A stretch of DNA of 49,638 bases from Gammaproteobacteria bacterium (lineage in GTDB: Bacteria > Pseudomonadota > Gammaproteobacteria > GCA-001735895), in contig JBNKUM010000068.1 in assembly GCA_050298595.1 (NCBI GenBank), positions 1-49,638 on the forward strand, in the 5' to 3' direction. Positions 30,903 to 40,305 of this stretch are shown here, in pieces. Numbering within the stretch: position 1 is the first letter of the stretch; each line of letters starts with the position of its first letter. Under the pieces are notes generated by a model. The model was given only the letters and a program-made list of their open reading frames with translations, made no database searches and had not been told where the DNA came from. Position numbers and translations under genes: made by a program.

Positions 30903-32699
30903 TCACTGACCTCGCAGAAACAGGGAATCCAGTTGTTGTAAACTTAACTGTTTCCAGGTAGGCCGCCCGTGATTGCATTGCCCACTACGTTCAGTTTGTT
31001 CGATGTCTCGCAATAGCGCATTCATTTCACTGGTAGTTAGCTGTCGATTTGCCCGCACTGAACCATGGCAAGCCATGGTTGAAAGAATGTCATTGGTTTT
31101 TTGTTCTATCTGCTGGCTCTGTCCATGCTCCATATAATCACTTAGGACATCTCGCACAAGTTTTTCTATGTCTGCCTGTTTTAATAATGCAGGCACCTCC
31201 CTGATGCGTATCTGCTCATGACTTAAGCGCTCCATTTTAAGGCCAAATTGCATTAGCTCCTGCTGCTGGTTTTCTACCAGATCACCTTCAGATTGACTGA
31301 CATGCAGGGTTAAGGGGACCAGCAAGGGTTGAGAAATTATGCCTTCCTGAAGAGAACTTTGCTTTAATCGTTCATAGACAATACGTTCATGCGCTGCATG
31401 CATATCTACCAGCACAAGCCCCTGATCATTCTCAGCAAGAATATAGACGCCTTTTAATTGAGCCAATGCATAACCCAAAGGTGGTGCTTTTTGTTCCTCA
31501 TTAATTTCTGGCTGCGCCAATAATTGGGCATAGGCAGCTACATTTTCTCTCACCTGAGATACTGAGCGGCCCGAGCCACCACTGTATGAAAAACCCGATT
31601 GAGCCGGTTTTATTGGCATTTCTGTCTGCTTGAACGGAGTTACGAGCGGTCTTTCGGGATTAGTATTCAGCGCAAAAGCAGGGCTGTTGATTTGCTGTTC
31701 TGGTTGAACATCTGCAAGAGCCTGATGCAGGCTTCGATACAGAAAATCATGCACCTGACGAGAGTTACGAAACCTGACCTCATGCTTCTGTGGATGCACA
31801 TTCACATCCACCTGACGAGGATCTATCGCAAGATAAAGCACAAATGCAGGATGCCGACCGTGGAATAATACATCCTGATAAGCCTGGCGTACCGCATGAC
31901 TAATCACCTTATCCTTTACCATACGTCCATTGACAAAGAAGTACTGCATATCAGCCTGACTTCTTGAGAAAGTTGGCATCGCAACCCAGCCAGATAACGC
32001 AAGCCCCTCCACCTTATGATCGATATCGATCAGGCTTTGTGAAAACTCTCGTCCACACACCCTCGCCAACCGTTGGGATGTAGAAACAGGGTCGTTCGCT
32101 GCAGGAAGCTGGTAAATAATTTTGTGATTATGCGTCAGTGAAAGCGCAACCTGGGGCTGACTTAATGCAAGGGTTTTGAACAGGCTATCAATATGATTAA
32201 ACTCTGTACGCTCCGTACGCAGAAATTTTTTGCGCGCAGGTACATTATAAAACAGGTCACGTACATCGATGATACTTCCACTATGCTGAAAACTGACTGG
32301 CTCAGGCTGCTGGTGATCTCTCCCGGATAATTTCCAGCCATGTTCGGCATTTTCAACCATTGAAGATAGTGTCAACCTGGATACCGAGGCAATACTGGGT
32401 AAAGCTTCACCGCGAAACCCAAGGCTACAGATAGATTCAAGGTCATCTAAAGAATGAATTTTACTGGTAGCATGGCGCGAAAGCGCCATGGCCAGATCAT
32501 TTTTCTCGATGCCGCAACCATTATCAATAATTTGAATAGATTTCAGACCGCCGGCTTCGACATTGATATCAATTCTAGCGGCTCCTGCATCCAGGCTATT
32601 TTCCACCAGTTCCTTGATTACAGAGGCTGGCCTTTCAACAACTTCACCAGCCGCAATCTGGTTTATCAAGTGGGAGGGTAATTGCTCAATTCTGGACAC
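30903..32699 (-). CDS. mutL: DNA mismatch repair endonuclease MutL
   Basis: NQIAAGEVVERPASV, GFRGEAL, DMHAAHER, CNHGRP. Confidence 0.99.
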   Translation of the reverse strand: MSRIEQLPSHLINQIAAGEVVERPASVIKELVENSLDAGAARIDINVEAGGLKSIQIIDNGCGIEKNDLAMALSRHATSKIHSLDDLESICSLGFRGEALPSIASVSRLTLSSMVENAEHGWKLSGRDHQQPEPVSFQHSGSIIDVRDLFYNVPARKKFLRTERTEFNHIDSLFKTLALSQPQVALSLTHNHKIIYQLPAANDPVSTSQRLARVCGREFSQSLIDIDHKVEGLALSGWVAMPTFSRSQADMQYFFVNGRMVKDKVISHAVRQAYQDVLFHGRHPAFVLYLAIDPRQVDVNVHPQKHEVRFRNSRQVHDFLYRSLHQALADVQPEQQINSPAFALNTNPERPLVTPFKQTEMPIKPAQSGFSYSGGSGRSVSQVRENVAAYAQLLAQPEINEEQKAPPLGYALAQLKGVYILAENDQGLVLVDMHAAHERIVYERLKQSSLQEGIISQPLLVPLTLHVSQSEGDLVENQQQELMQFGLKMERLSHEQIRIREVPALLKQADIEKLVRDVLSDYMEHGQSQQIEQKTNDILSTMACHGSVRANRQLTTSEMNALLRDIEQTERSGQCNHGRPTWKQLSLQQLDSLFLRGQ

Positions 32700-32784
32700 A
32701 GTATTTTAACAGGGTATCGGCTTAGGACAGGCCAGCAACCATATCAAAAAGCAGGCTTAAGGTGAATGGAAAGATAGCGCAGCT

Positions 32785-33243
32785 TTAATTAAATAAACGC
32801 TTGATGGTATTTGATAGCCAACCACCAGCATCCTTTTTTTCGATCAACGCTAATTGCCGCCGAACCAGAGGCACGTAGCTTTGATCGTCATCCAGAATAT
32901 GATTGATTAACCAGGTTTGCAGTAAAGTTCCAATTTCAGCACTAACATCATTTCCCTGCTTGAAACGCTGATGTAAATCACCGACGCGTTCGCTAAAAGC
33001 CTCGTGGGTGCGCTTATGAACACTCAGAAACTCATACCCGGCCTCTTCCATTAAGGCTTCCTCAAAAGCAAAGTGGGAATAAGTATAATCAATTAATGCG
33101 TTAATCAGTTCAGCCATTTCATCATGCCCGGCATGACCATCAAAATCTACCAGCTGGTTGATATAATCGACGATACGCTTATGCTGCGTATCAATCACAT
33201 TGATGCCTATTTCATATTCCTGCTTCCACTCTACACGCCGCAT
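32785..33243 (-). CDS. Bacteriohemerythrin 2
   Basis: GINVIDTQHK, HFAFEE.LM...GY, HKRTH, WLINHILDDD. Confidence 0.93.
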   Translation of the reverse strand: MRRVEWKQEYEIGINVIDTQHKRIVDYINQLVDFDGHAGHDEMAELINALIDYTYSHFAFEEALMEEAGYEFLSVHKRTHEAFSERVGDLHQRFKQGNDVSAEIGTLLQTWLINHILDDDQSYVPLVRRQLALIEKKDAGGWLSNTIKRLFN

Positions 33244-33264
33244 ATGTTTTAAACCTGCTACTGT

Positions 33265-33720
33265 TTAACCAAAGAACTTTTTCATATTACGCGAAAACCA
33301 ACTCCTTCGACGTGAATCGCCGGTATTCAATTGAGTACGCACTATCTCAGAGTAATCATAATCATCGTTTCGAATATGGTTAATCAGCCAGGCCTTAAGA
33401 GTATTGTGCAACTCTTCGGTTATATCTTCACCCATCTTAAATCGTTGCATATAGTCACTAACACGTCTAATAAATAACTCATGCACGCGTTTATGAGCTT
33501 TTATAAAGGGATAGCCAGCCTCTTCCATAAGGCTTTCTTCAAAGGTGAAATGTGATAGCGTATAGTCAACCAGCTCATCCAGAACCACACCCACTTCTTC
33601 CATGCTGTGATGCTCGCGGGTATCCTCCAGCTTATTGATATAATCGACGATACGTCGGTGCTGGTTATCGATCACATCAATACCAGTGTCTAAACTGTCG
33701 CTCCAATCAATATAAGCCAT
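33265..33720 (-). CDS. Bacteriohemerythrin 1 (Mhr-like)
   Basis: WSDSLDTGIDVIDNQHR, HFTFEE, HKRVH, WLINHIRNDD. Confidence 0.94.
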   Translation of the reverse strand: MAYIDWSDSLDTGIDVIDNQHRRIVDYINKLEDTREHHSMEEVGVVLDELVDYTLSHFTFEESLMEEAGYPFIKAHKRVHELFIRRVSDYMQRFKMGEDITEELHNTLKAWLINHIRNDDYDYSEIVRTQLNTGDSRRRSWFSRNMKKFFG

Positions 33721-33796
33721 TTTATCCCCTGCAATTCATCCAGATGCGTGGCTTTTAAGCCAAGTTAAAACTTAGCTCTTTATAAACCTAAATCAA

Positions 33797-34543
33797 CTAA
33801 TGTTGAATGATTTGGCTCAAGAATAGCTGAGTTCTTTCGTTTTGTGGATTTTCAAAGAACTCATGTGGCTCATTTTGTTCAATTATTTCACCGCCATCCA
33901 TAAAAATGACTCGATTGGCTACTTTCTTGGCAAAACCCATTTCATGAGTCACGCAAAGCATAGTCATACCTTCTTCAGCCAACTCTACCATGACATCCAG
34001 TACTTCAGAGATCATTTCAGGATCCAGCGCAGAGGTTGGCTCATCGAACAGCATGACCTTAGGACTCATACAAAGACTTCTTGCTATAGCAACACGTTGC
34101 TGCTGCCCACCGGACAACTGGCCTGGAAATTTCTTAGCCTGTTCAGGAATTTTTACACGTTCCAGATAGTTCATCGCTATCTCTTCAGCTTCTTTGCGAG
34201 GCATTTTCTTAACCCAGACAGGTGCCAGGGCCAGATTTTCCAGAATGGTTAAATGCGGGAACAGATTGAAGTGCTGGAAAACCATACCGACTTCTTTACG
34301 AATCTGTTCGATATGTTTCAGATCACCGGTTAACTCAGTGCCATCAACAATAATCTGGCCCTGTTGATGCTCTTCGAGGTGATTGATACAGCGGATGGTG
34401 GTCGATTTACCAGAGCCAGAAGGCCCACAGATAACGATACGCTCACCCTTCTCGACCTGCAGATTCACATTCTTTAGTACATGAAAATCGCCATACCATT
34501 TATGTACAGCATTCATTTCTACAATATATTTATTCTCTGACAT
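33797..34543 (-). CDS. aapP: General L-amino acid ABC transporter ATPase
   Basis: [38 protein letters not shown]. Confidence 0.93.
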   Translation of the reverse strand: MSENKYIVEMNAVHKWYGDFHVLKNVNLQVEKGERIVICGPSGSGKSTTIRCINHLEEHQQGQIIVDGTELTGDLKHIEQIRKEVGMVFQHFNLFPHLTILENLALAPVWVKKMPRKEAEEIAMNYLERVKIPEQAKKFPGQLSGGQQQRVAIARSLCMSPKVMLFDEPTSALDPEMISEVLDVMVELAEEGMTMLCVTHEMGFAKKVANRVIFMDGGEIIEQNEPHEFFENPQNERTQLFLSQIIQH

Positions 34544-34548
34544 GGAAA

Positions 34549-35667
34549 TTACCTTTTATGTCCAGTGTGGAGTTTGGCTTCGAGTGCAATACTGTATCGA
34601 GACATGCTGAAACAGAACACCCAGAAAATAGAAGCGGCAAATACATAACCTTCGGTATCAAAACCGAGCCAGGATGAATCGGAGTTTGCCTGCTGGATAA
34701 TCGCTAGCAAATCAAACAGACCAATGATCAATACCAGCGTGGTATCTTTAAATAACGCGATAAAGGTGTTTACGATACCGGGGATTACCAGCTTTAACGC
34801 CTGCGGTAGAATGATAAGGCTCATGCTTTTCCAGTAGTTTAACCCCAGCGCGGCTGCAGCTTCATACTGACCTTTGGGTATCGCCTGTAAACCACCACGC
34901 ACCACCTCGGCCATATAGGCTGACTGGAACATGATGATACCGATCATAGCGCGCAACAATTTATCGAAATCGGTGCCTTCTGGAAAAAATAAAGGCAACA
35001 TAACTGAAGACATAAAAAGTACCGTTATCAACGGAACCCCACGCCAGAATTCGATGTAGATAACACATACCGATTTCACAATAGGCATTTGAGAGCGTCG
35101 GCCCAGAGCCAGCACTATACCCACTGGCAATGACGCCACTATGCCCACAGCAGAAAGCACCAGTGTTAACATTAGTCCACCCCATTTATTGGTAGGAACC
35201 TCTTCAAACCCGAACCAACCACCATGTATCAATACATAGGCAATAAAGGGATAGATAAACAGGATAAATCCACCCAGCATCCACTTTTTACCAAATGATT
35301 TAATAAACAATGGGATCGTTAACAGAATGAGTAGAATACCCGCAAGATTTGGTCGCCAGTAAAGCTCCGAAGGATAAAAGCCATACATAAACTGAGGAAA
35401 ACGACTATTAATAAACGCCCAACAGGCACCCACCCCATCAACCTCACAAACTGCGCGTGAATCGCCTGTCCATACGGAATCTATAAAGGCCCAGCTAATC
35501 AGAGGCGGTATATAGAGATACAGCAGATATAAACCAAACAGGGTAAAAACCGTATTCACATAACCATCAAACAGGTTAATACGTAACCAGCCTATTACAC
35601 CTGTAGTGCTGACTGGAGGGGGTAAGCTAGGATGATGTCCAGGTTCGTAAGTTTCAGTTGTCATCAT
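34549..35667 (-). CDS. aapM: General L-amino acid ABC permease AapM
   Basis: [24 protein letters not shown] loop; ATG at 35667 or 35664 after AGGGG. Confidence 0.9.
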   Translation of the reverse strand: MMTTETYEPGHHPSLPPPVSTTGVIGWLRINLFDGYVNTVFTLFGLYLLYLYIPPLISWAFIDSVWTGDSRAVCEVDGVGACWAFINSRFPQFMYGFYPSELYWRPNLAGILLILLTIPLFIKSFGKKWMLGGFILFIYPFIAYVLIHGGWFGFEEVPTNKWGGLMLTLVLSAVGIVASLPVGIVLALGRRSQMPIVKSVCVIYIEFWRGVPLITVLFMSSVMLPLFFPEGTDFDKLLRAMIGIIMFQSAYMAEVVRGGLQAIPKGQYEAAAALGLNYWKSMSLIILPQALKLVIPGIVNTFIALFKDTTLVLIIGLFDLLAIIQQANSDSSWLGFDTEGYVFAASIFWVFCFSMSRYSIALEAKLHTGHKR

Positions 35668-35674
35668 CTTTCCC

Positions 35675-36862
35675 CTATCGCTCAACCAGAGCCATTTTCT
35701 TGTTGTACCAGTTCATGAAGAATGAAATGGTCAAACTGATTGTTAGATATACCGCCATAGTCATAGCCGTAATTTCTACCGCCTGACCAGTCTGATTCAG
35801 CGTCGTCCCCATAAATACAGCAACAATGTCTGGATAACCGACCGCTGTTGCCAGTGAAGAGTTTTTCGCCAGATTGAGGTATTGACTAGTCAAAGGAGGA
35901 ATAATAACCCGCATAGCCTGAGGTATGATAACCAGGCGCATCGTCTGGCCACGAGAGAGTCCCATCGCCAATGCAGCCTCAGTTTGACCATGACTCACTG
36001 CATTAATACCCGCACGCACTGTTTCAGCGATGAAGGTTCCGGTATAGATCGTCAATGCCAGCAGTAATGCCAGTAATTCAGGAATAATCGCAGTGCCACC
36101 CTTAAAATTAAAACCTTTTAGTTCAGGGTAATCCCAGGCAAGAGGTGAGCCCATAATCAGGAAAACCAGCAGCGGAATACCGATAATAATGCCGAGCGAA
36201 GTTAAAAATACCGGGAATTGTTGCCCCGTATCATCCTGTCTTTTACGTGCCCAGCGTCGGATAAAAAAAGCACCAATAATGCCAATAAAGAACAACCAGC
36301 CAACAATGGCAAATCCATCCTGCGGCACAGGAGAAGGAAGATAGAGGCCACGATTATTGAACTGTATGCCAGCACCTAGAGACAGGCTCTGGCGTACGCT
36401 TGGTAAAGCACCCAATACGGCGAAATACCAGAAGAAGATTTGTAGTAATAACGGTATATTTCTAAAGGTTTCGATATAAACCGTTGCAATTTTTGATATA
36501 AGCCAGTTATGCGAAAGCCTGGCAATACCCATAATAAAACCGACAATCGTGGCGCAAATTATGCCCAGAGCTGAAACCAGAAGTGTATTCAACAGACCGA
36601 CAAAAAAGGTACGACCATAGGTATGGGATTCATCGAACTCAATCAGGCTTTGTAATATACCAAAACCAGCGGGTTCACTGAGGAATGCAAAACCGGTAGA
36701 AATCCCCCGGGATTCCATATTTTGTAAAGTATTATTGACAATACTGACCAGGAAATAACCTAGAGCCAGTACCAAAACAATCTGAAAGAACAGTGCGCGA
36801 TATTGTGGATCATTCCACACTGCCGGTTTGGACGGTTTTATTTCCGAATCATTATCAGACAT
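35675..36862 (-). CDS. aapQ: General L-amino acid ABC permease AapQ
   Basis: GLLNTL, RNIPLLLQ, GFNFKGG, KNSSLA.AVGYPD. Confidence 0.92.
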   Translation of the reverse strand: MSDNDSEIKPSKPAVWNDPQYRALFFQIVLVLALGYFLVSIVNNTLQNMESRGISTGFAFLSEPAGFGILQSLIEFDESHTYGRTFFVGLLNTLLVSALGIICATIVGFIMGIARLSHNWLISKIATVYIETFRNIPLLLQIFFWYFAVLGALPSVRQSLSLGAGIQFNNRGLYLPSPVPQDGFAIVGWLFFIGIIGAFFIRRWARKRQDDTGQQFPVFLTSLGIIIGIPLLVFLIMGSPLAWDYPELKGFNFKGGTAIIPELLALLLALTIYTGTFIAETVRAGINAVSHGQTEAALAMGLSRGQTMRLVIIPQAMRVIIPPLTSQYLNLAKNSSLATAVGYPDIVAVFMGTTLNQTGQAVEITAMTMAVYLTISLTISFFMNWYNKKMALVER

Positions 36863-36976
36863 GCTCCGCTCCGTATAATTGGAAAGATTTATTGTTGCAT
36901 ATGGGAGTAAAAAATGATCTCTACCTCAATAGTCGCACACTGGATAAAACCTGTGCAAAATACTGGGCAGAAATAA

Positions 36977-37005
36977 GAAAGGGACATGCTTTGCATGTCC
37001 CTTTC
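36977..37005 (-). terminator. Strong intercistronic stem-loop after aapJ (stabiliser or partial terminator)
   Basis: Perfect 13-bp stem GAAAGGGACATGC/GCATGTCCCTTTC, 3-nt loop, followed by TTATTT on minus strand. Confidence 0.8.
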
Positions 37006-37014
37006 ATTCCGGTT

Positions 37015-38022
37015 TTAACGGATAGGTGGTGCGTATTGCAGACCGCCTTTACTCCACAGTGCATTCAGACCGCGAGAGATTTTTAATGGTGAACCCATGC
37101 CCACATTTCTTTCGAATGATTCGCCATAGTTTCCAACCTGATTAACAATGTTAAAAGCCCAGTCGTCGCCCAGGCCCAGTTTTTCTCCCTGTCCAGACAT
37201 AAAACGACCAATAGCAGGATTATCACTACCCATCATGCTCTTAGAGTTACTCATGGTAATACCCAGCTCTTCAGCATTAACCATAGCCATTAGAGACCAT
37301 TTAACAATGTTAAACCATTTATCATCACCCTGACGAACTACTGGTCCCAGAGGCTCTTTAGAAATAACTTCAGGCAGTACGATTGCAGCACCTGGATTTT
37401 TCAGTTTGATGCGTAATGCATACAGCTGAGATTGATCAGAAGTCAACATATCACAGCGGCCTGCTTCAAAACCCTTGATGGTGGCATCTGAAGTATCGTA
37501 AGTAACTGATTTGTATTTCATGCCATTCTGACGGAAGTAATCCGCCAGGTTCAATTCAGTAGTGGTACCAGCCTGAATACATACAGCTGCACCATCCAGT
37601 TCTTTTGCAGATTTAACACCCAGAGCCTTGGTTACCATGAAACCCTGACCATCGTAGTAGTTAACACCAGCAAAGTTAAGACCCAGTGAAGCATCACGCG
37701 TCAGAGTCCAGGTAGTATTACGTGATAACAAATCGATCTCACCAGATTGTAGTGCGGTAAAACGCTCTTTAGCGGTTAATGGAGAATATTTAACCTTGCT
37801 CGCATCGCCTAATGTAGCAGCAGCAACGGCACGACAAACATCTACATCCAGTCCCTGCCAGTTACCAGAAGCATCGGCATTTGAAAACCCGGGCAATCCT
37901 GTACTTACACCACATTGAACGTAACCTTTACTCTTAACAGAATCTAGAGTATCGGCATTTGCAGAATTAGCGCAAATCGCTAGTAAAGAAGTCAACAATA
38001 AAGTTGAAGTGATTTTTTTCAT
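37015..38022 (-). CDS. aapJ: General L-amino acid ABC substrate-binding protein AapJ
   Basis: ATG 38022 after GAGGGG, signal peptide, RFTALQSGEIDLLSRNTTWT, ISKEPLGP, GGLQYAPPIR. Confidence 0.95.
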   Translation of the reverse strand: MKKITSTLLLTSLLAICANSANADTLDSVKSKGYVQCGVSTGLPGFSNADASGNWQGLDVDVCRAVAAATLGDASKVKYSPLTAKERFTALQSGEIDLLSRNTTWTLTRDASLGLNFAGVNYYDGQGFMVTKALGVKSAKELDGAAVCIQAGTTTELNLADYFRQNGMKYKSVTYDTSDATIKGFEAGRCDMLTSDQSQLYALRIKLKNPGAAIVLPEVISKEPLGPVVRQGDDKWFNIVKWSLMAMVNAEELGITMSNSKSMMGSDNPAIGRFMSGQGEKLGLGDDWAFNIVNQVGNYGESFERNVGMGSPLKISRGLNALWSKGGLQYAPPIR

Positions 38023-38261
38023 GGATATCCCCTCAGATATTTTTTGATATTGGAACGACAATAGTATTGAAGGACTACTGACTGCGGGCAAATGTAACAC
38101 TCTGATGTTTGATTGCAAGCTGAATTTAATTCAGCACCGGGTGTCGACAACCGCACCAATATAAAGCATCCAAGGTATCGCTGAAGAATAAAAATCCCAT
38201 ATTTTAATTCGCCAGGTGCTACTATATAATACCTTACCAATTTGCTAGGTTTTTCGTTATT

Positions 38262-38504
38262 ATGTCATTTTACTACATATACAAGATTACACAGGGACCC
38301 ACAGAGATTGTTACCAGGCTCGAAAAGCTTGAGCGCTATGACAACTATAAAACGGCCAAACAAACTATCAAGCAGCTACGTGCCGAACAGGCCGCAGACG
38401 CAACTCACATCTATAAAATCATCTTTGCCGAATCTGAATTACAGGCAGAAGAGATGTTGATGGAAAAAAGGGAAGCACCCGTAATGATGGAGTGGGAAAA
38501 ATAA
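38262..38504 (+). CDS. Hypothetical 80-aa protein
   Basis: ATG start, protein-like composition, fills gap and sits 13 nt before next ORF. Confidence 0.7.
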   Translation: MSFYYIYKITQGPTEIVTRLEKLERYDNYKTAKQTIKQLRAEQAADATHIYKIIFAESELQAEEMLMEKREAPVMMEWEK

Positions 38505-38517
38505 AACATCCCTGGCT

Positions 38518-38988
38518 ATGGACGAAAACGAATACCGCAGTGCTTACCACAGTATTAACCATACGCGCTGTGTATTTGAAAAATCCATCCTGACCCTTAA
38601 CTGCAAGTGTAGATATCATGAGAAGTTCAACCTCGCTGAACGCGAAGGTATCCGCTGTAAAAATCCAGATGCACAAAACAATTGCGCCATCTTGTTAAAT
38701 GAAACGCGCAAACAGGCTCGATTTGCACTGGGTCTCAGTGAGATCGTAGGTAATCTGTTACCTCACAGTAAAGAAACTCAGCTGCAAAAAGGTGCTTTAC
38801 TCGGACTCAACCCTGACCTACCCAACCTGCCTGAAACGCCTGTTCACGATATTTACCTTTTGCTCGAAAAAGCATTAGCTCAATGCTCAGGAAATATGCA
38901 TCAATTTCCTTTTCACACCTTGATACCTTCCATCGCCCATCACCCTGCACGACAACGTCGTAAGCGAGGCAAAAAAAACACCGACTAA
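38518..38988 (+). CDS. Hypothetical Cys-rich protein with basic tail
   Basis: Five clustered Cys in N-terminal third; RQRRKRGKK tail. Confidence 0.78.
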   Translation: MDENEYRSAYHSINHTRCVFEKSILTLNCKCRYHEKFNLAEREGIRCKNPDAQNNCAILLNETRKQARFALGLSEIVGNLLPHSKETQLQKGALLGLNPDLPNLPETPVHDIYLLLEKALAQCSGNMHQFPFHTLIPSIAHHPARQRRKRGKKNTD

Positions 38989-39075
38989 GCGCGTTACATT
39001 AAGTCAGGGATGCTTGCAACTACGCCCTGCATTGCTTAGTCTTCCCTATTCTTTGCATTAGTTTCACTTTCCTTA

Positions 39076-40224
39076 ATGAGAAACCCTTTACCTGACCTGA
39101 TCAGCATGATGTCGCAACTGATAGCGACACCGTCGATTAGTTGCTCTCGCCCCGAACTCGACATGAGCAATGAACCTGTGATTGACAAACTGGCTAACTG
39201 GCTAGATAGCGCGGGCTTTAAGGTTACCAAACAGCCGGTTGAAACTGGCAAATTTAACTTAATCGCGACCCTGGGCCATGGTTCAGAAGGATTAATACTT
39301 TCCGGGCATACCGATACGGTGCCCTGTGACGAAGTACTCTGGAAGTCCGACCCCTTCAGCTTCAACGAACGCGATAACCGTTTTTATGGGCTGGGAAGCT
39401 GTGACATGAAAAGCTTTCTCGCTATGGCTATCAGCGCAAGTCAGGCGTTCAGGCCAGAACAATACAAACACCCGCTAACCATTATTGCCACAGCAGATGA
39501 AGAAACCACCATGTCAGGGGCCAAACTGCTAGCCAGCAATGGAGAAAAGCTGGGGCGCTATTGTGTCATCGGTGAGCCTACCAATTTATCCCCGATTCGT
39601 GAACATAAAGGCATCCTGATGGAAGCCATTCGTTTTACAGGTCAAAGCGGCCATTCCAGCAACCCAGAATTAGGCAATAACGCACTGGAAGCCATGTATG
39701 AATATATGCATCAACTGATGCTATTCAGGCAACAGCTTCAGAAGCAGCATAGTAATCCAGCCTTTGAGGTATCCGGCCCTACATTGAACCTCGGACATAT
39801 ACATGGCGGTGATAACCCGAATCGTATCTGCGGAGAGTGCGAACTGCATATCGACCTCAGGTTCCTGCCCGGCATGCGCTATGAAGATCTGCGCGAACAA
39901 TTACGCGACCTGGCAAGACAGGTGGCACGACGCCGACAGTTGAAAGTTGATTTTACGGTGCTATTTGATGGAATACCGGCAATGTCGACCGATGCAAACA
40001 GCCTGATCAATCGATTTCTGGAACAATCTACCCATCAACAGAGCAAGACGGTCGCCTTCGGCACTGAAGCGCCCTACTATAATCAACTGGGCTGTGAAAC
40101 TATCGTTATTGGACCCGGCTCAATCGACCAGGCACACCAGCCCGATGAATACCTGCCAGCAGAGCAAATCAAACCGACTATTGCATTGCTGGAAAAACTG
40201 ATTGCTCGATTCTGTATTGAATGA
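39076..40224 (+). CDS. argE: Acetylornithine deacetylase
   Basis: LSGHTDTV, GLGSCDMK, ADEE, IGEPT, GHSS, AHQPDE. Confidence 0.95.
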   Translation: MRNPLPDLISMMSQLIATPSISCSRPELDMSNEPVIDKLANWLDSAGFKVTKQPVETGKFNLIATLGHGSEGLILSGHTDTVPCDEVLWKSDPFSFNERDNRFYGLGSCDMKSFLAMAISASQAFRPEQYKHPLTIIATADEETTMSGAKLLASNGEKLGRYCVIGEPTNLSPIREHKGILMEAIRFTGQSGHSSNPELGNNALEAMYEYMHQLMLFRQQLQKQHSNPAFEVSGPTLNLGHIHGGDNPNRICGECELHIDLRFLPGMRYEDLREQLRDLARQVARRRQLKVDFTVLFDGIPAMSTDANSLINRFLEQSTHQQSKTVAFGTEAPYYNQLGCETIVIGPGSIDQAHQPDEYLPAEQIKPTIALLEKLIARFCIE

Positions 40225-40305
40225 ATTTACCATAAAGCACCGTTGACTCATTCAACTTACACTGCATAATTTTAATCCCCACGTTTTTTTATTCCTTTAT
40301 AAAAT

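Noticed and set aside
38023-38118. N-terminal extension of aapJ in the ORF track (likewise fadL 45070-45168)
   Set aside because: Downstream ATGs have strong RBS and begin proper signal peptides
39021-39031. TACGCCCTGCA 11-mer also present near 15126 as a REP-like element
   Set aside because: Only two short copies with different flanks; compatible with chance
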